This document shows, piece after piece, positions 12,580 to 26,500 of a stretch of DNA of 64,000 nt; position 1 is the first letter of the stretch, and each line of letters begins with the position of its first letter. Source of the DNA: Gekko japonicus (taxonomy: Eukaryota); contig NW_015175426.1 in the NCBI RefSeq assembly GCF_001447785.1, positions 256,575-320,574 on the forward strand. Direction: 5' to 3'. A program made the translations under genes and the position numbers. Under the pieces are notes generated by a model. The model saw only the letters and a list, made by a program, of their open reading frames with translations. It had not been told where the DNA came from and searched no databases.

Positions 12580-14520
12580 CCCCCCTTGCCCATGCGCATT
12601 TTGAGACACCCGGGCATTCTTTCTCAGAGACAGCTCTACGGGAGTAAAGCACATGCGCGACTCGTCTCCTCCCACTCCCGCGTCCTTGTGCGCACGAGCA
12701 CATCGAGCTGGTGGAAACAAGAAGGAAGGCAGAGTCTTTGTTTCTCTTTTCGCATGTGCACTGAAGCCTCGAGCCCATTAACGGAGACGCAAAACCTGGC
12801 CGACCGCTCCAATCCCACAGTCTCCCTTTCCCCGATTGGCCGAGAAGGGCCCCCCCTCCTGTGATCACGCGGGGAGCGTGCGCGCGCCAGCTGCGGACGT
12901 GCGCGGCAAAGAGAGCGCGCCCCGGGCGCTGAGCGAAGCCCTGCCCTCCACCAGGGACTCATTGTGCAGCAACCGGATTGATTCTTCGTCCGCGCGGGCC
13001 AGCGGGGATCCCCCTCCCCACAACTCCCTCCCCCTCAGAAATCAAGCAAGCGCGCTCCCGCTAAGATACGGAAACCGGCCGGCCCAAAGTGTAAGGAAAG
13101 GACGGGGGGAGTTGAGACCGTTGGCGTCGAGGCCCCTCAGCGCCAACATCACCACTTTCCCCCCTCCTCTTTTTTTCCCTCCCTTTCTCGCGCGCTCTCT
13201 CTCCCTCCCCCCCCCGTCTCCCGCGCGCTCACTGGGGCGACTGGCCTCACCCCCGGTCTCCCGCGCGCTCACTGGAGAGACTGGCCTCACGGCCTCCCCC
13301 CCCTCCTCGCTCCCCCTCAAGGGCTGCCTCTTGATTGGTTCTCGCCCTCGAGACTTTACACTTCTTTCCTTCTACTCTCACCCTCCCCCCCCTTTTTTTT
13401 CTTGCCCAACCACCACAGGGGTGAGCGCGCGCGCGCGCTCTCTTCCAGAAACAGGGCTAGGCGTCCAATAAGAGCGCGCCTCGCGGGACACGTTCCTGTG
13501 TGTGTCTCTCTCTCTCTGCGCCGGGCCTACGTGCCGCGTTCTTGTTTCTCTTGACTTCTCTCACGTACGCCGCGAGGAGGGAGGAAGGGAGCCCCCTCCG
13601 CCTGCCTTTTCTGATTTGCGTTTTTTTTTCTTTTTGCCCGTCTGGAGTTTTTGGTCCCTCTTCGGCCGCCGGGCCCGGCTCGGCCTCCCTCTCGCTTGCA
13701 CGTTTCCCCTTCCGGGCCAGGAGGTGCGCGCGGCGGTGTTGGCTTCAAGCCCGTCGTTCTTGACGGGCGGCAGCACGCTCGAAGCGCTGCGGGGGCAAGC
13801 CGGTGGGCCAGGTCGTGACTTCCTCTCCCCTTCCCTCCAGAGGTCCCTTTCCGCCCGCCGCCCCCAGGCTGCGCCGAAGCGGGGCCGAGCGCGGAACTCC
13901 TCGCGGGCTCCCCTTCCCCTCTCGGCTTTCGGCTCCCTTGCCCAACGGCCCTCGCGCGCGTCCCAGGAGGCGGGAGCGGGGGGCTGAGACTGCGGCGCCC
14001 GGCCCTTTCGCTGTCGCCGCTACCGCCATGTTGAAACAGCCGCTGCCGCCGCCCTCCCCTCAGCCCGGCTCTCCCGCCTCGGGCCCGCCGCCGCCCACCA
14101 CGCCGACGCCGCCGCCTCCGGCCGTCGCCGCAGCTGCTGCTTCGCGGAAGCCCAACCCTGCCCCCGCCAGCCCCAACGGCAGCCTCAGTTCCGGCGCTGC
14201 GGGAGGAGTGAGAGCCGCGACGGTGGCGCCCCCCGGCAGCGGAGCAGGAGGCCCCCCTGGAGGAAGCGGCACCAGGTAAATGGCTTCGGACTCGTCATCA
14301 CGTGAAGGGGGGACGGGGAGTTCGGGCGGGTGGGGGGGGGAGGAAGGGGAAAGGGGGGGAGAAATAGAGGCTGCGCGCGCACGTGTTCGCGCCCCCCCCC
14401 CCGCCGAAGGGTTGAAAAGAGGGCTAAGGGAAGGAAGGGGGAAGAGTTGGCTGTCTGCTGATGAGCGCGGTTCGTGAGGCTAGCGGCTGATTGGATGCTG
14501 CTGATCCCTCCCCAGTCCGG
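12580..14520. promoter_or_regulatory. CpG island / ATXN2L promoter and exon 1
   Basis: Very high GC and CpG content; NRF1-like GCGCAT/GCATGCGC-type motifs near 12590-12760; ATTGG boxes; contains ATG 14028. Confidence 0.8.
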
Positions 14521-17500
14521 CATGTGAGGTTAAGGCACGATGGAAGCGGTTTCTTAAAAAATGATGCTTCTTGTGTAAGTTCCATGGTGTGGTGATGGGG
14601 GGGGGGAGGGAGGGTATAAGGACACAGTCCGGAAGGGATAGCTGTCTTAGCACAAAAGAAGAAGAAAAATCCTCTTTTAATGTCTTTTTAACTGATGGTT
14701 TTATTCCAGTGCAGTAACTCAGCTTTTTCAGTGCACCAAGGCTCTTCCTTGCAAAAGACTTAAATAGTTTACAGTGTCACTGACTTTTGTAGGCCAGTGT
14801 CCACTTCACCAAGTGAAAGTACCTGCCACAGCAAACCAGTTGAACTCTAAAATGCTACAAGGCTCATTGTATAGGATGACGTTGCAGTTCTATATGTGCT
14901 TGTTACTGATTTTAGTTGCGACTTATTTCTGAGTAAATGTGCATAGAATCGTGCTTTTCGGAGCTGGGGGTGATGTAGTGGTTAGTGTCTGACTGTGATC
15001 TGGGAGACACCAGTTCAGATCTCCAGTCTGCTGTGGAACCTTGCTGGGTGACCTTGGAGCTGTTACACATTCTCGGTCTAACCTAACCTCACAGGGTTGT
15101 TGTGAGGATAAAATGAAGAAGAGAATGATGTAAACTGTTTTGGATCCCCACTGGTGAGAAAGGTGGGGTATAAATTAATAAGTCTCTATATAAATTGCTT
15201 CAAATTTAGCAATGTAAGAGTGATAGAAATGGAATAGTTTGTTTTGTTAAGATACTTTTTTTTGTCTTAGACACATACAGAAGAGGGCACTGCAAGCTGG
15301 TTATTTCCTCACCATTCCTCACTAGAGAAATTAGCTGAAAGGGCCTTGACCCAAAGGCACTAGAGAAATTAGCTGAAAGGGCCTTGAAAGGATGTTTTAC
15401 AATTTATACCTGACAGGTTACCTTATCCACACTCAGCTTGTATGGCAATGAAGGAAGTAGCTGTATTTCCACTTGTAATGAACTGAGTAGTCAACTAGCC
15501 TGGCCAGTGTAAAGATCAACAGGTCACTCTGTGGCTGGAAAACCCCTTCAGAAACATGTTGCATCAGTTTTTAGAATCTGACAACAAAAGGTGTGCTAGT
15601 TCTCTAGCCTTGAAAGTTGTGCTGCAGAGTATCAGAAGCTAGGAAAGGCTTTGTAACTACATAGGTTTTGATAGAAGAGAGTGCATGTGTCAGGAGTGCA
15701 CATGTCAGGATATGATTTAACATAGACTGTTCCCTTTTGTTGTTGACTTGGTTGCCTTACTATTGCCATTAGAATGACTTCTCTTTTATGTGGCATAACT
15801 TTCTGCCTGGCTTGGCTGAGTTCCCACAAGTTACCTAATAATTGTTGTAAACCTAATTGAAGTATTGAAAAGTTAGAAGTGTGGGTAAGATCCATAAGGA
15901 ACCCATTCCATACAAAGGGCTTCACAACTATTTACAGTCTGTCCTTTGCACCATGGGGCATGAATGCTGGAACATGTAGATTCCGCACATTTTGCTTCTT
16001 TTACAATTTGCAGGGTCTTCTACCTCTCTGCTGAGAGTGATGCTTCTTGCAGTATACTCTGTGCCTGCTTACCTAAGAGCCCATGCTGTCCCATGCTATG
16101 AAGAGGGGTTGCTATTCCTAGATTAGTAGCTGATTTAGGAGATTCATCCCTCGCTTTCTCCACTGTACAATGCTTGCTGTAAAATGTATCATACCTATTT
16201 CGAACCCTTGGGGACAAATTCAGTTTATATAATGAATGGTGATACTTTTCAAAGATGGTCTATTAATATAACATATGTGTGGAGGGGATATCACATTCTG
16301 GGGAGTTACACTTAGCCCTGATTCTTTTTCAGGGGTCAGAGCACAGGCAAAGGACCTCCACAGTCTCCTGTAAGTATCTGAATCTTGACTTCCCAGAGCC
16401 ACAAGGCTGTTCTTGCATTTTAAGACTTCTAGACTATGGAACTTGTGCAACTATTAAATTATACCTGAGCTCCTAAACCAAGCTGTCCATCTTCCCTTGC
16501 TAGTAGTATGGTGTATGTACTCTCTGGGATGTAACCAGTGGAGTTTTAAGTGAAGTTTTTCTAATGGGCTTCTAGATCAGGCTTCCTTTAAAGCTTTGGA
16601 GCAACATTATTTGTTCATATTTTAGATGCAAAAGAGGCCACTTGTAATGTCTTAGTAATGAAAGACCTTGCTGCCTCTTCTGTTTTACTAGATACTCTAG
16701 TTTGTACCATTGGAGGGCACTGGTGTGTTTAGACAAAGTAGAAATTAAACCATTTACCATATGAGGTGTGTCAAAACAGGATGGCAGCAGTTGTTTAATG
16801 CCTGCCTGGTTAGAAAAATTGGAATTTTGTCCTTGGTTCTAGCATTCTGTCCAGGGACTGATGGTGGGCCCATTTCCCAGTGCCTTGGCCTGGACATCTG
16901 ACTGCTGGAGAAAACTGTTTGCACCCACCAAAGGGGGGGAAAATCCTTTTAATTTACTGCTTTCATAGTGAGGTACAGTTTGTTAAAAAGTGGTTTTTTA
17001 TTGCTCTTTTGATTGTGAATCCATCCAACTGGAAGCTCTAGACCACTTGTAAAGAGAATGTAAGTTTGCAAGTTTTCTGATGAACCTTGTGTCCCCCTTA
17101 TTTACCTTTAGGTCTTTGAGGGTGTCTACAACAATTCCCGAATGCTGCACTTCCTGACAGCTGTTGTGGTGAGTCTATGAGATAAGTTAGAAGGGTGGAG
17201 ACTTTGATGGGCAGATATACAGGTGGGTGAATGTGCAATAAAAGATGGTATTCTGAGGAATTCCTTCTAGTTCTTTCTGCTGGTGTGGGGAACCTTGTGA
17301 TACCACCTGCTCAGACTTGAGCTAACCTGAGCATTCTTTCCTTTTTTGCTTTGTTTTTGTTTAGCTTTAAAGGTGCTTTCAGAAATATTCCAGATATTCT
17401 GTGAATGTATGTGCAAATGTTGCCTGCAAACCAAACAGGAATGTTGTTGATTAGTTGTCCAAATGGTATATTCATAGGTGGTAAAATCCAAATCACTGAA

Positions 17501-20500
17501 TCTAGTGCTTAACCCCCTGTGCTGGTTCTCTTCCTCTTCCTGCAGTAGGTGAAGCTATCTGGGGGAAGAGAGAGGTGTGATGAACTGCAGCTTGAAAAAC
17601 CTCCCTTCCTTGATGTTACTTCTATTCTCCTGTTTCCTTCCCAGGGCTCTACATGTGATGTGAAGGTGAAAAATGGAAGCACCTATGAAGGGATTTTTAA
17701 AACGTTGAGCTCCAAGGTGAGTGTTTGGTTTCCTTGTAGTTTTGAGAAGCCAAGAATTGCTTGGTAATAGCTACGGATGTGGGCTCGTGGAATGGTGTGA
17801 TACAGCTGTGCGCATAGTTCCAGGGTGGGCAATGTGCATGTGATGTATGGATTATTTCTGCAGTTTGAGCTGGCTGTGGATGCCGTGCACAAGAAGGTGC
17901 CTGATCAGCCAATAGGGCCCAAGCGGGAGGATATTGTGGACACGATGGTCTTCAAGCCTGCCGACGTTATGCTTGTGCACTTCCGCAACGTAGATTTTAA
18001 CTACGCCACCAAAGGTAATGATATCCCGTGACACTCTTGAAGCCTAGGATGGAAAGGTTGGGACTTCGCATCCAGACCACCTTCTATGTTCTGTGCCCTA
18101 GATAAGTTCACGGATTCTGCCATCGCCATGAATTCAAAGGTGAATGGAGAGCACAAGGAGAAGGTTCTACAGCGCTGGGAAGGGGGAGACAGCAACAGTG
18201 ATGATTATGACTTGGAATCTGACATGGTAATTGTCCTGCTCTGGCTTGCTTGGGTTCGGTTCTTCGCTGAGCTGTTATTTGGGCTAAAATGCTTGAAAAG
18301 GTGGTTGTCTGTCATTTCAGTCTAATGGCTGGGACCCAAATGAGATGTTCAAGTTCAACGAGGAAAATTATGGTGTGAAGACCACCTATGACAGTAGCCT
18401 CTCCTCTTACACGTGAGTGACAGCTGCAGTCATGAATGGGCTTGGCGGACCCTGGGAAGGGGGTGAGACATCACGTGATGTTGGTTGAATACCTGTCTAG
18501 CAAAACACACCGGGGACAACAGCGGAACACCAAACTAGTCATTTCTCCCTATCCCCCCCCCAACTGTTAGTGTTTTAGTCACTGCAAGGCAATGAGCAGT
18601 GAGTGAAAATGATAAGGCAGTGGAAGGATAATAGACGGAATGACAAAGTTTCTTCAGGATGCTGGTCTTGGCCTTTTGACGCTCCTAACAGCTTCCATCA
18701 GATGTTCTTTGTTATCAATTAAAAGTAATGTACGAGTATTTTTGATGACCATGGTGTTATTGGTAGGAGAGATTCTTAGCTTAAATGTGAAAGAGTTACC
18801 CATCCGCAGCTACTAGTAGTGTTTGTGTATGGAGTGGACTAAAACTGTTACCTGTTACTGATCTTATCAGATCTGTAACTGAAAGAGAGGTTTGAAGGAA
18901 CATCAGATATAAGGGATTTACATGGATAGCAACATTAGAAGCTATTTTTATAAGCTATTTATCTGTGCTGCAGTCAGGAATGTAGTTATAAGAGCATGCA
19001 ATGCAGATAGTATATCGCAGTCTCTCCGGGCCCCATAAAGAAGTGCTAGTCTTTAATCTCCTCTCCTGTTGCCCAGGCTGTGCTTGCCAGGAGGTTGGTT
19101 GTGTATCACTTGAGAGACTAAATGAACAGTTAGTGTGTGTAGCTTTTCTACCCTGGCCTCCAAAGTGCAAATATGTGAGAAATTCACAAGGCCAGCAAAC
19201 TGTCTCTGATTCAGTAGCTGTGTAGCAAAACTATACCTCTTCATTTATGGTACTCTGATAGATTGACTGTGCCTGTTGTTGATGGAAATTGTGTGTTTCT
19301 TTGCAATTTGAAACGTAATTTCAGGGTCACACTTGTGTGGGAAGTGAAAGGTGTCAGCCAAATCGCAGTTGGAGATAAACCAGCATCTGAGGCTGACAGA
19401 TCTGGTGTAGGCCAGACAAAGACTGTGAACTTCTGGAAGTATCAGTACCTTCTAAAGATGAGCTTGGCAGAGGGTTGGCATTTCTGCTCGTGATAGGACA
19501 GCAGACATTTGTCTACAGAGGAGCAGTTGGCATCATAAGTTTTCCTAGCCAGCTTTTGTGTTTGTCTCTGCATGGTAGAGTACCTCTTGAGAAAGATAAT
19601 TCAGAGGAATTCCGGCAGCGAGAGGCCAGGGCCGCCCAGCTGGCTCGGGAGATTGAGTCAAGTCCACAGTACCGACAACGTATTGCCATGGAGAATGACG
19701 ATGGACGCACAGAAGAGGAGAAGCACAGTTCTGTGCAAAGACAAGTGTCGGGGAGGGACAGCCCTAGTCTGGCATCCAGGTGAGACAGTGACAGTAGGCT
19801 AAGAGGAGAAGGTGAAAAGAGAAAGGCTGGGTTTAGTCTCAGCAGCGAAATACCTTCATCAGCATGGGGCAGTTACAGTTGTCACTTGCTGCTGGTTCAG
19901 ATTGCATCTTTTGGGGGATGGAGGAAAACCATACCAAAGTCCCCCTTCTAAAGCCAGCACCTGGTAGCTTGGTCATCTTGCGCATCTGGGGTTTGCCACT
20001 CCCTTTGCAGCGCATGTGCCTTTGAATTCATGATGTTGGCTGTGGTCCCTTGTGCTACATCAGGGTGTTTTCTGTTTTTCCAGAGATGGCAAATACATAC
20101 CTCTTCCCCAGCGTGTCAGAGAAGGCACACGAGGAGGCATGCGCTGCAGCAGCTCTCGTGGTGGGAGGCCAGGCATGGGTTCTTTGCCGCCCCGCGGAAG
20201 TGGACATCATCCAGACAGCAGCCCTGGCTCCATTCCAGAGCAGCGAGGAATCAATGGAGGTGAAGCTGAGGCTGAGATGTTGGGCTTGGAAATAGGAAAC
20301 ATGAATCGTTTGATGCCCCCATTCCTATGGGACAAAAAGGCTTGAGTCCTACTCTGCCCAGAGGAAAAAGCTATCTCGGGGCCATGGAATCTCTTCCCAT
20401 GGAGGTTACCATGAAGTGACAGTTCTCTATTAACGTGGCTTTTTCGGTTTTCATTGTCCTGAGATGTGGCAAATGATGGGCTCTGTCTTTTTCCAGCAAG

Positions 20501-23500
20501 GAAGAGTTGCAGATAGTGCAGGTCTATTTGGTATACTTGTCTCACTACTTATTTGCTGCCTTATAGGTCCATCCAGAATGTCTCCAAAGTCTCAGCGACC
20601 CCTCCGGGGGGCCAAGACTATGTCTTCCCCTTCCAGCCGCCCCATGGAAGTCTCAGCTGCATCTCCAACAGGTATCGCGCAAAAGGTCATTTCCCCTAAG
20701 TCTAGAATACAAGGTGGGGTTCATGGGTTAGTGTTCACATCTCTTGATATCTTTTCCACACAGTGGGTCGTCTCTATCCTCCTCGTTCTCCCAAGTCTGT
20801 CTCGGCTGTGCCAGTCTCCTCCCAAGATCCCCCCATGGGATCATCTGGCCCTGCTGCTCCTGCATCGCCCTCGGAATCGAGAACTGCCTTGGAGCCTAGT
20901 GCTTCCCCAACCCCGCCTTCGCCCAAGGTCCTAACATCTGCCCCTATAGCTGCTGTTGAGGGTAAGAATTGTCACTGAAAGTGAAATGAGTCTAGCCCAA
21001 TGGCAGTCTGGCAGATTGTATTGGTGGACTGTTGCCAGGAACTGAACGAGACATGTCTTTCTCTTAGTTGTCTGTCCTTTCCCAGAATATCAAGACTTTC
21101 TAGTTCCCCGTCCCTTTCCCCAATTAGGCTGGCCACCTTTTCAGATCCACTGGGTTTAGTTGGTTGATTGTACTTGGTAGGGTAAATGAAGCTGCACTTT
21201 CAGTTTAAGAAGGTGGGTGAGCTAGACTTTAAGTTGAGCTAGATTTAAGAGGTCACGTAGTCCATACTTATTTCTGATTCTTGGAAGTAGTTTCTACCTT
21301 GTTCTTTGTGGTGCATCTTGGGAGTATGGCACTAACAATTTCTCCCCTTCCCTCATCCTCAGTTAAAGAGGTGCCTAGCTCTGCCACCAAAGAACCCAGC
21401 AGGACCTTGGAAGTTATGGGGCCCTCAGACCCGGTTAAACAGGCCAGCAAAGGTTTGTGACTTCTTGCTTTTCTCTCAAAACCCTTTTGAAAATTCTCGG
21501 TTTCTGAGAGGATTGTTAGTTGATTGCTACAATGGAACCTGAACTGCATGACTAATTTTGCTGTACCTTTTAAGATTTAAAGTTTTAAAATCTTGATTAT
21601 TTGTTTATTTAATTGTCCCGATGCTTTTGCCATGCTCTAGGACTCCAAAATGAGCAGAAAAGGAATCAGCTGGAGGAATTGCGCAAGTTTGGAGCTCAGT
21701 TCAAGGTGAGGGAAGGTTGTCCACATGTCCTTTGTGGGGATGATAATGTTACAGATGCAACCATAATTGTTGCACCTTCTTCCCTTCCCAGCTTCAGCCC
21801 AGCTCCTCCCCAGAAGCCTCGCTGGACCCTTTCCGACCCAAGGAGACTCTTGAAGGGAAAGTGAAAGACAAGCCTCCAGAAGCGTTGGTGGGGGCAGGGG
21901 GCACGTGTGAAGTGCCCGATGAATCCCCCAAACCCAACCTTGAGCTGTCTGAGAGCAGCAATAAGGAGGAGAAGGGACCCTGTGAAGGCATGGAGCGCCA
22001 GACCCAGACAGCTAGTCCTCCAGGCAAAGGTGACACAGATGACAAGGAGGATGGCCCCGTCTCAGAGTGAGTCACTAGTGGGAACCGCAGCCTGTGCTCT
22101 GATGCTGTACAATCCTGGTGGTTTCCTCATCTCATGTCTCTTCTACTCTGTGGCTCCAGGCAGGTGAAGAAGTCAACACTAAACCCGAACGCAAAGGAAT
22201 TTAATCCCTCCAAGACGCTTCTGTCTGTGGTGAGTAAGTGAGGGGCAACCCCAGAGGGAAAGAGATCTAAAGTCTTCATAGATTTGGATCCTGAGATGAT
22301 CAGAAGAAAGGTGGGCATATCAGCGTCTTAAACAAAACCAGCCTGCTAGGCTGGACTGCCATAATATACCATTTGCTGAAGACTTTGGGCCTTTTTAAAG
22401 GTTCTTCTGGATAGTTGGTGTTCTGGCTTCATACGTTTTCTTTTACCTTAACCATCTAGAACAAGTCAACGAGTACGCCTACTTCACCGGGACCACGGAC
22501 CCACTCTACGCCCTCCATCCCAGTGATCACACCAGGGCAAAGTGGCATGTACAGTCCGCAGTACATCTCTTACATCCCACAGATCCACATGAGCCCAGCT
22601 GTGCAGGTCAGTGGCAGGGGATTGTTCTGTGGCAGCATTCCCCCTGTGGGGGCGGGTTCTGTCTCTGAACAGAGTGTTGAGCTGCATAACCTTTGGTCCT
22701 TTTCAAGTTACCACTTGGGGTGGGGGGAATGGCGCAGCTGTAGGGTTAATTGGCTTGCCCCGTCTGCTACAGGCACCCCAGATGTATCCCTATCCGGTTT
22801 CCAACTCTGTGCCTGGACAGCAAGGGAAGTACCGAGCCAAAGGTGAGTGGATGTTTCTGGAAGCGTTGGTGAGACCCATGGGGAGCTTGGACTGTGTGCC
22901 TTATTTCTGTGGTTTGGGAAAGGGTTATGAGTGTGACCTGGGTTTCCCGATTTCTGCACAGGCTCCCTACCCCCACAGCGTTCGGACCAGCACCAGCCTA
23001 CTTCAGCGCCTCCCATTATGCAGGCTGCAGCAGCTGCAGGCCCCCCTCTGGTGGCCGCCACGCCGTATTCCTCCTATATCTCTTACAATCCCCAGCAGTT
23101 CACAGGGCAGCCCACCATGATGCAGCCCATGGCACACTATCCCTCGCAGGTGGGTGTTACAATGTGCTAGTGGGGGAAAGAAACAGACCTTGGGTGTGCA
23201 GGCCATGTCCCCCTTTGCTCTAACCCTTTCTGTCCCCCCCCCCTTCCACAGCCCGTCTTTGCCCCAATGCTGCAGAGCAACCCACGCATGATGACGTCCG
23301 GCAGCCACCCCCAGGCCATTGTCTCGTCATCTACTCCCCAGTACCCTCCAGCAGAGCAACCTACGCCCCAGACACTCTATGGTGAGTTTGCACTGAGCCT
23401 GGAGATAACACCCGCTCTGCGCTTACTTTCCCCTTCCTCCCTACACATAGTTGACTGCTGCTTGCTGCTTCTCTCCCCAGCCACAGTGCATCAGTCGTAT

Positions 23501-26500
23501 CCCCACCATGCCACACAGCTGCATCCACATCAGCCTCAACCAGCTACCACACCCACGGGCAACCAACAGCAAGCGCAACATGCTGCACCCAGCCCTGTGC
23601 AGGTACTGGAAGAGATGGGGTGCACAGGGAATGGGTTACTAGCTGTGGGGAGGCACGTAATGCTTGTCTGGCTCTTGCAACCCGTGCATTTTGGTCTTAC
23701 GTTTTTGGGATTAGCCCAGATGTGTTCTTACGAGCTCTCTTCTGAAAATCTGCAGTTATTTCATGTCGGGGGGTAGTCCAGCATATTAGGAGTGAAGCTG
23801 CTTTCAATCTGTACCAGCTCTTAGAGCTGATGTATGTGAAGGGACGTTCAAAAAGTCAAGAAAATAATCTGTGTAATACCTACGTTAAAACTAGCCCAAT
23901 GACACACAAATGTGCAGTCTTTTGTGTTCTGCTTTTGAGAGTTGTGCAGTCTTTTGTGTTCTGCTTTTGAGAATCTGTAGCTTAGTGGTGGGGCATCTGC
24001 TTGGCATGCAGAAGGTCTCAGGTTCAATCCCTGGCATAGCCAGCTGAAAGGATCATATGGTAGGTTTATATGAAAGATCTCCATTTAAAATGCTGGGGAG
24101 ATGCTGCCAGTCTGAGTAAGTAATACTGACCTGGGTGGATTAATGGTCCATTTCGGTATAAGGCAGCTTCATGTGTATGCTTACATTGATGGTAGCTTGT
24201 GTCCAGCCATATCTGCACAGAAGGCAGATGGCATTTCTTCCATGTTCTTCTTTATTCCTGTAGCTCACTGGAAAGATCATTCCTTGGGTTGTGGAACCTG
24301 TACAGCGGAATATTTGTGCAGCTGAATGAGAAGGGACAAGGGTGAAATTGTCTTCTTCCTTTAGTGGAGCTGTGCTTGCAGAAGAAGGAAGCGGAGCCGT
24401 TTCATTCCCCTAACCCCTCCTTATTCTGGCTTCCCAACCTGTGTGGCTGGTCCTCCCCATGGAATCCCACAGCTGATCGTCTTGGTTATCAGAGGGGGCT
24501 GCAGGAACAGAGGAGCATAGGAAAACTCCCATGGATGGTTGGCCTTAGGCCATCGTACTTACTAATTTCAGCCTATGACACTTCTCTTATTTGGGTCAGG
24601 CACACAGTACTCAGTCCAGGGTTCTTCCCCCAAGCAGAAGGGCAAGAAAGGGTTTTATTTTAATGTTTTAGTGAAGGTAATTAACTAAGATTGATTATTC
24701 TCCAAGGAACTGCTTCTGTGGGTTGGGGATCTGAGTTTCCTGACCTAGTTCTACAGCACTATCAGTGATGGAAAGGATTAGCAACCAAAGAACCTTTCCT
24801 TTCTCTCCACCTCCCCACAATCAGTGCTTAGTAGAGAAAGCAGCAAGGTGAAATGTACTGGACACTCTCTGGTTTGACAAAGATGTATTCCGTATCACCA
24901 CGGTGTGCCTGGTCTTTGTAGTACGGTGGTAGCAGAGGGGAAGAGAATATGGCTTGAGAGTGGATTGTGTGCAAGGCTTCAGGGCTTAAGCGGTGACCCT
25001 TGTGTCTTCTGCCTCTCAGCACCAGGCTGGACAGCCACCCCACTTGGCCAGCGCCCAGCAGCAGCAGAACCTTTACCACACGGCCACGCTGACTGCTACG
25101 CCCCCCTCCATAACGCCAGGGCCGAGTGCTCAGTCTCCACAAAGCAGCTTTCCCCAGCAGGCTGTGTACGCCATCCATGCTCACCAGCAGCTACAGCATG
25201 GCTATACCAACATGGCCCACGTAACCCAGGTGAGTGTGTGCTCCCTGTTGGCTCAGGGAATGCTCTAGCCTTAACTGTGCCAGCAACTCCTGAGGAAACA
25301 AACGAAGTGGGCTTGTACCCCTTGAGGGTCTTCATGGGTTCAAGCATATGATTTGTGTAGAGTTTTAAGAAATGCTACGAACGAAGTCGTTTTTATCTGC
25401 TTCCTCTTGAGCAGCATCCTTTTGCTGCTGAAAATTGGAATTTTTTTTTTTTTAAACCTCACTGGTATTTAGGGCAGCTGTAAAGCAGGTTTCTGGCCCT
25501 GTGTCTAAGTGGCTTGTAGCTGGGCAACTAAAGCATCCTCCGTAGATGGATTGATTTATTTAGGACATTTTTATGCCACCTCTTCTGGGAACCTGCCTGA
25601 AGCAGGTTACAAAATTTTTAAAAACACATGAAAAGTTATGAATTAAAATTCAGCACTAAATTATTTGGGTTTATACAGATCAGAGCCTTGTGGTCCCACT
25701 TGTATTTTTATAGGGTCACTTAGTACAGTTTGTTTGTGTCCTTTCCTCCTGCTTGAATGATTCCTTTCATTTAATTTCATGGGAGAGCTAAGGCCACTGT
25801 GTTTGGGGGGCCGAACAGCAGGGGTACAGATAACAGGTCTTGCTATGAAAGAATGTTTGACACTTTATTCTTTTTCGGTGTGCTATCGGTCACAGTAGTC
25901 TCCCAACCCAAGTGCCTTGCAGATGCATCTCAACGAAGTATAGGCTATGCATACTTGTAGAGGGCTTAAGTCATTTGAGGCTTAGTAACTTAGAAGCTTT
26001 TTTTTAAGGCCCACAAGGCTCCTGACTTTAGGAAATTGACTACTGTAGCTCTGCACTAGAGCTCCTGTTCTCCTTTTGAAAGCGGTTCTTTATTTTTTGT
26101 GTTTCTGAACTGAATAGTGCTTGCTGGAGCCATGCTGTTGCTTGCCCAACCTTGGAAGCTATGCTTTGTGGTTGGGTGGTGTGCTGGTATTGCAGTGGCA
26201 ACTGTTATAACCTTGCATAGCTGTGATGCCCCTGCTGCTTAGCCCAGGTGTAGCAGTTACTTTCTTTCCATGTGTAATTAACCATTAGGTTTAATTTTGT
26301 CTTCAGTCAGGTTCTCCAGTTAGAGAATGTCTCATATTTTAGCCAGTTTGATAAACATGTACCACACAGTTATTAACAAGGACTGTAAGCAGCACTGGAT
26401 TATCAAGTCTTATTGGGAAAATGTATTCTGGGTTAGTAAGGTCTGGTTTAGTAAAGTCTAGCTTGAGACTTAGGAGCTGCAGTGGCTCAAGTGGTTAAGA

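Noticed and set aside
13803-14027. Stop-free in-frame extension upstream of the ATXN2L ATG
   Set aside because: Starts at GTG in very GC-rich DNA where stops are rare; ATG 14028 has a good Kozak context and matches the known N-terminus.
12520-14523. Many overlapping GC-rich ORFs in the ORF track (also near 38100-38700 and 54000-54700)
   Set aside because: Expected by-products of CpG islands; only the spliced frames match known proteins.
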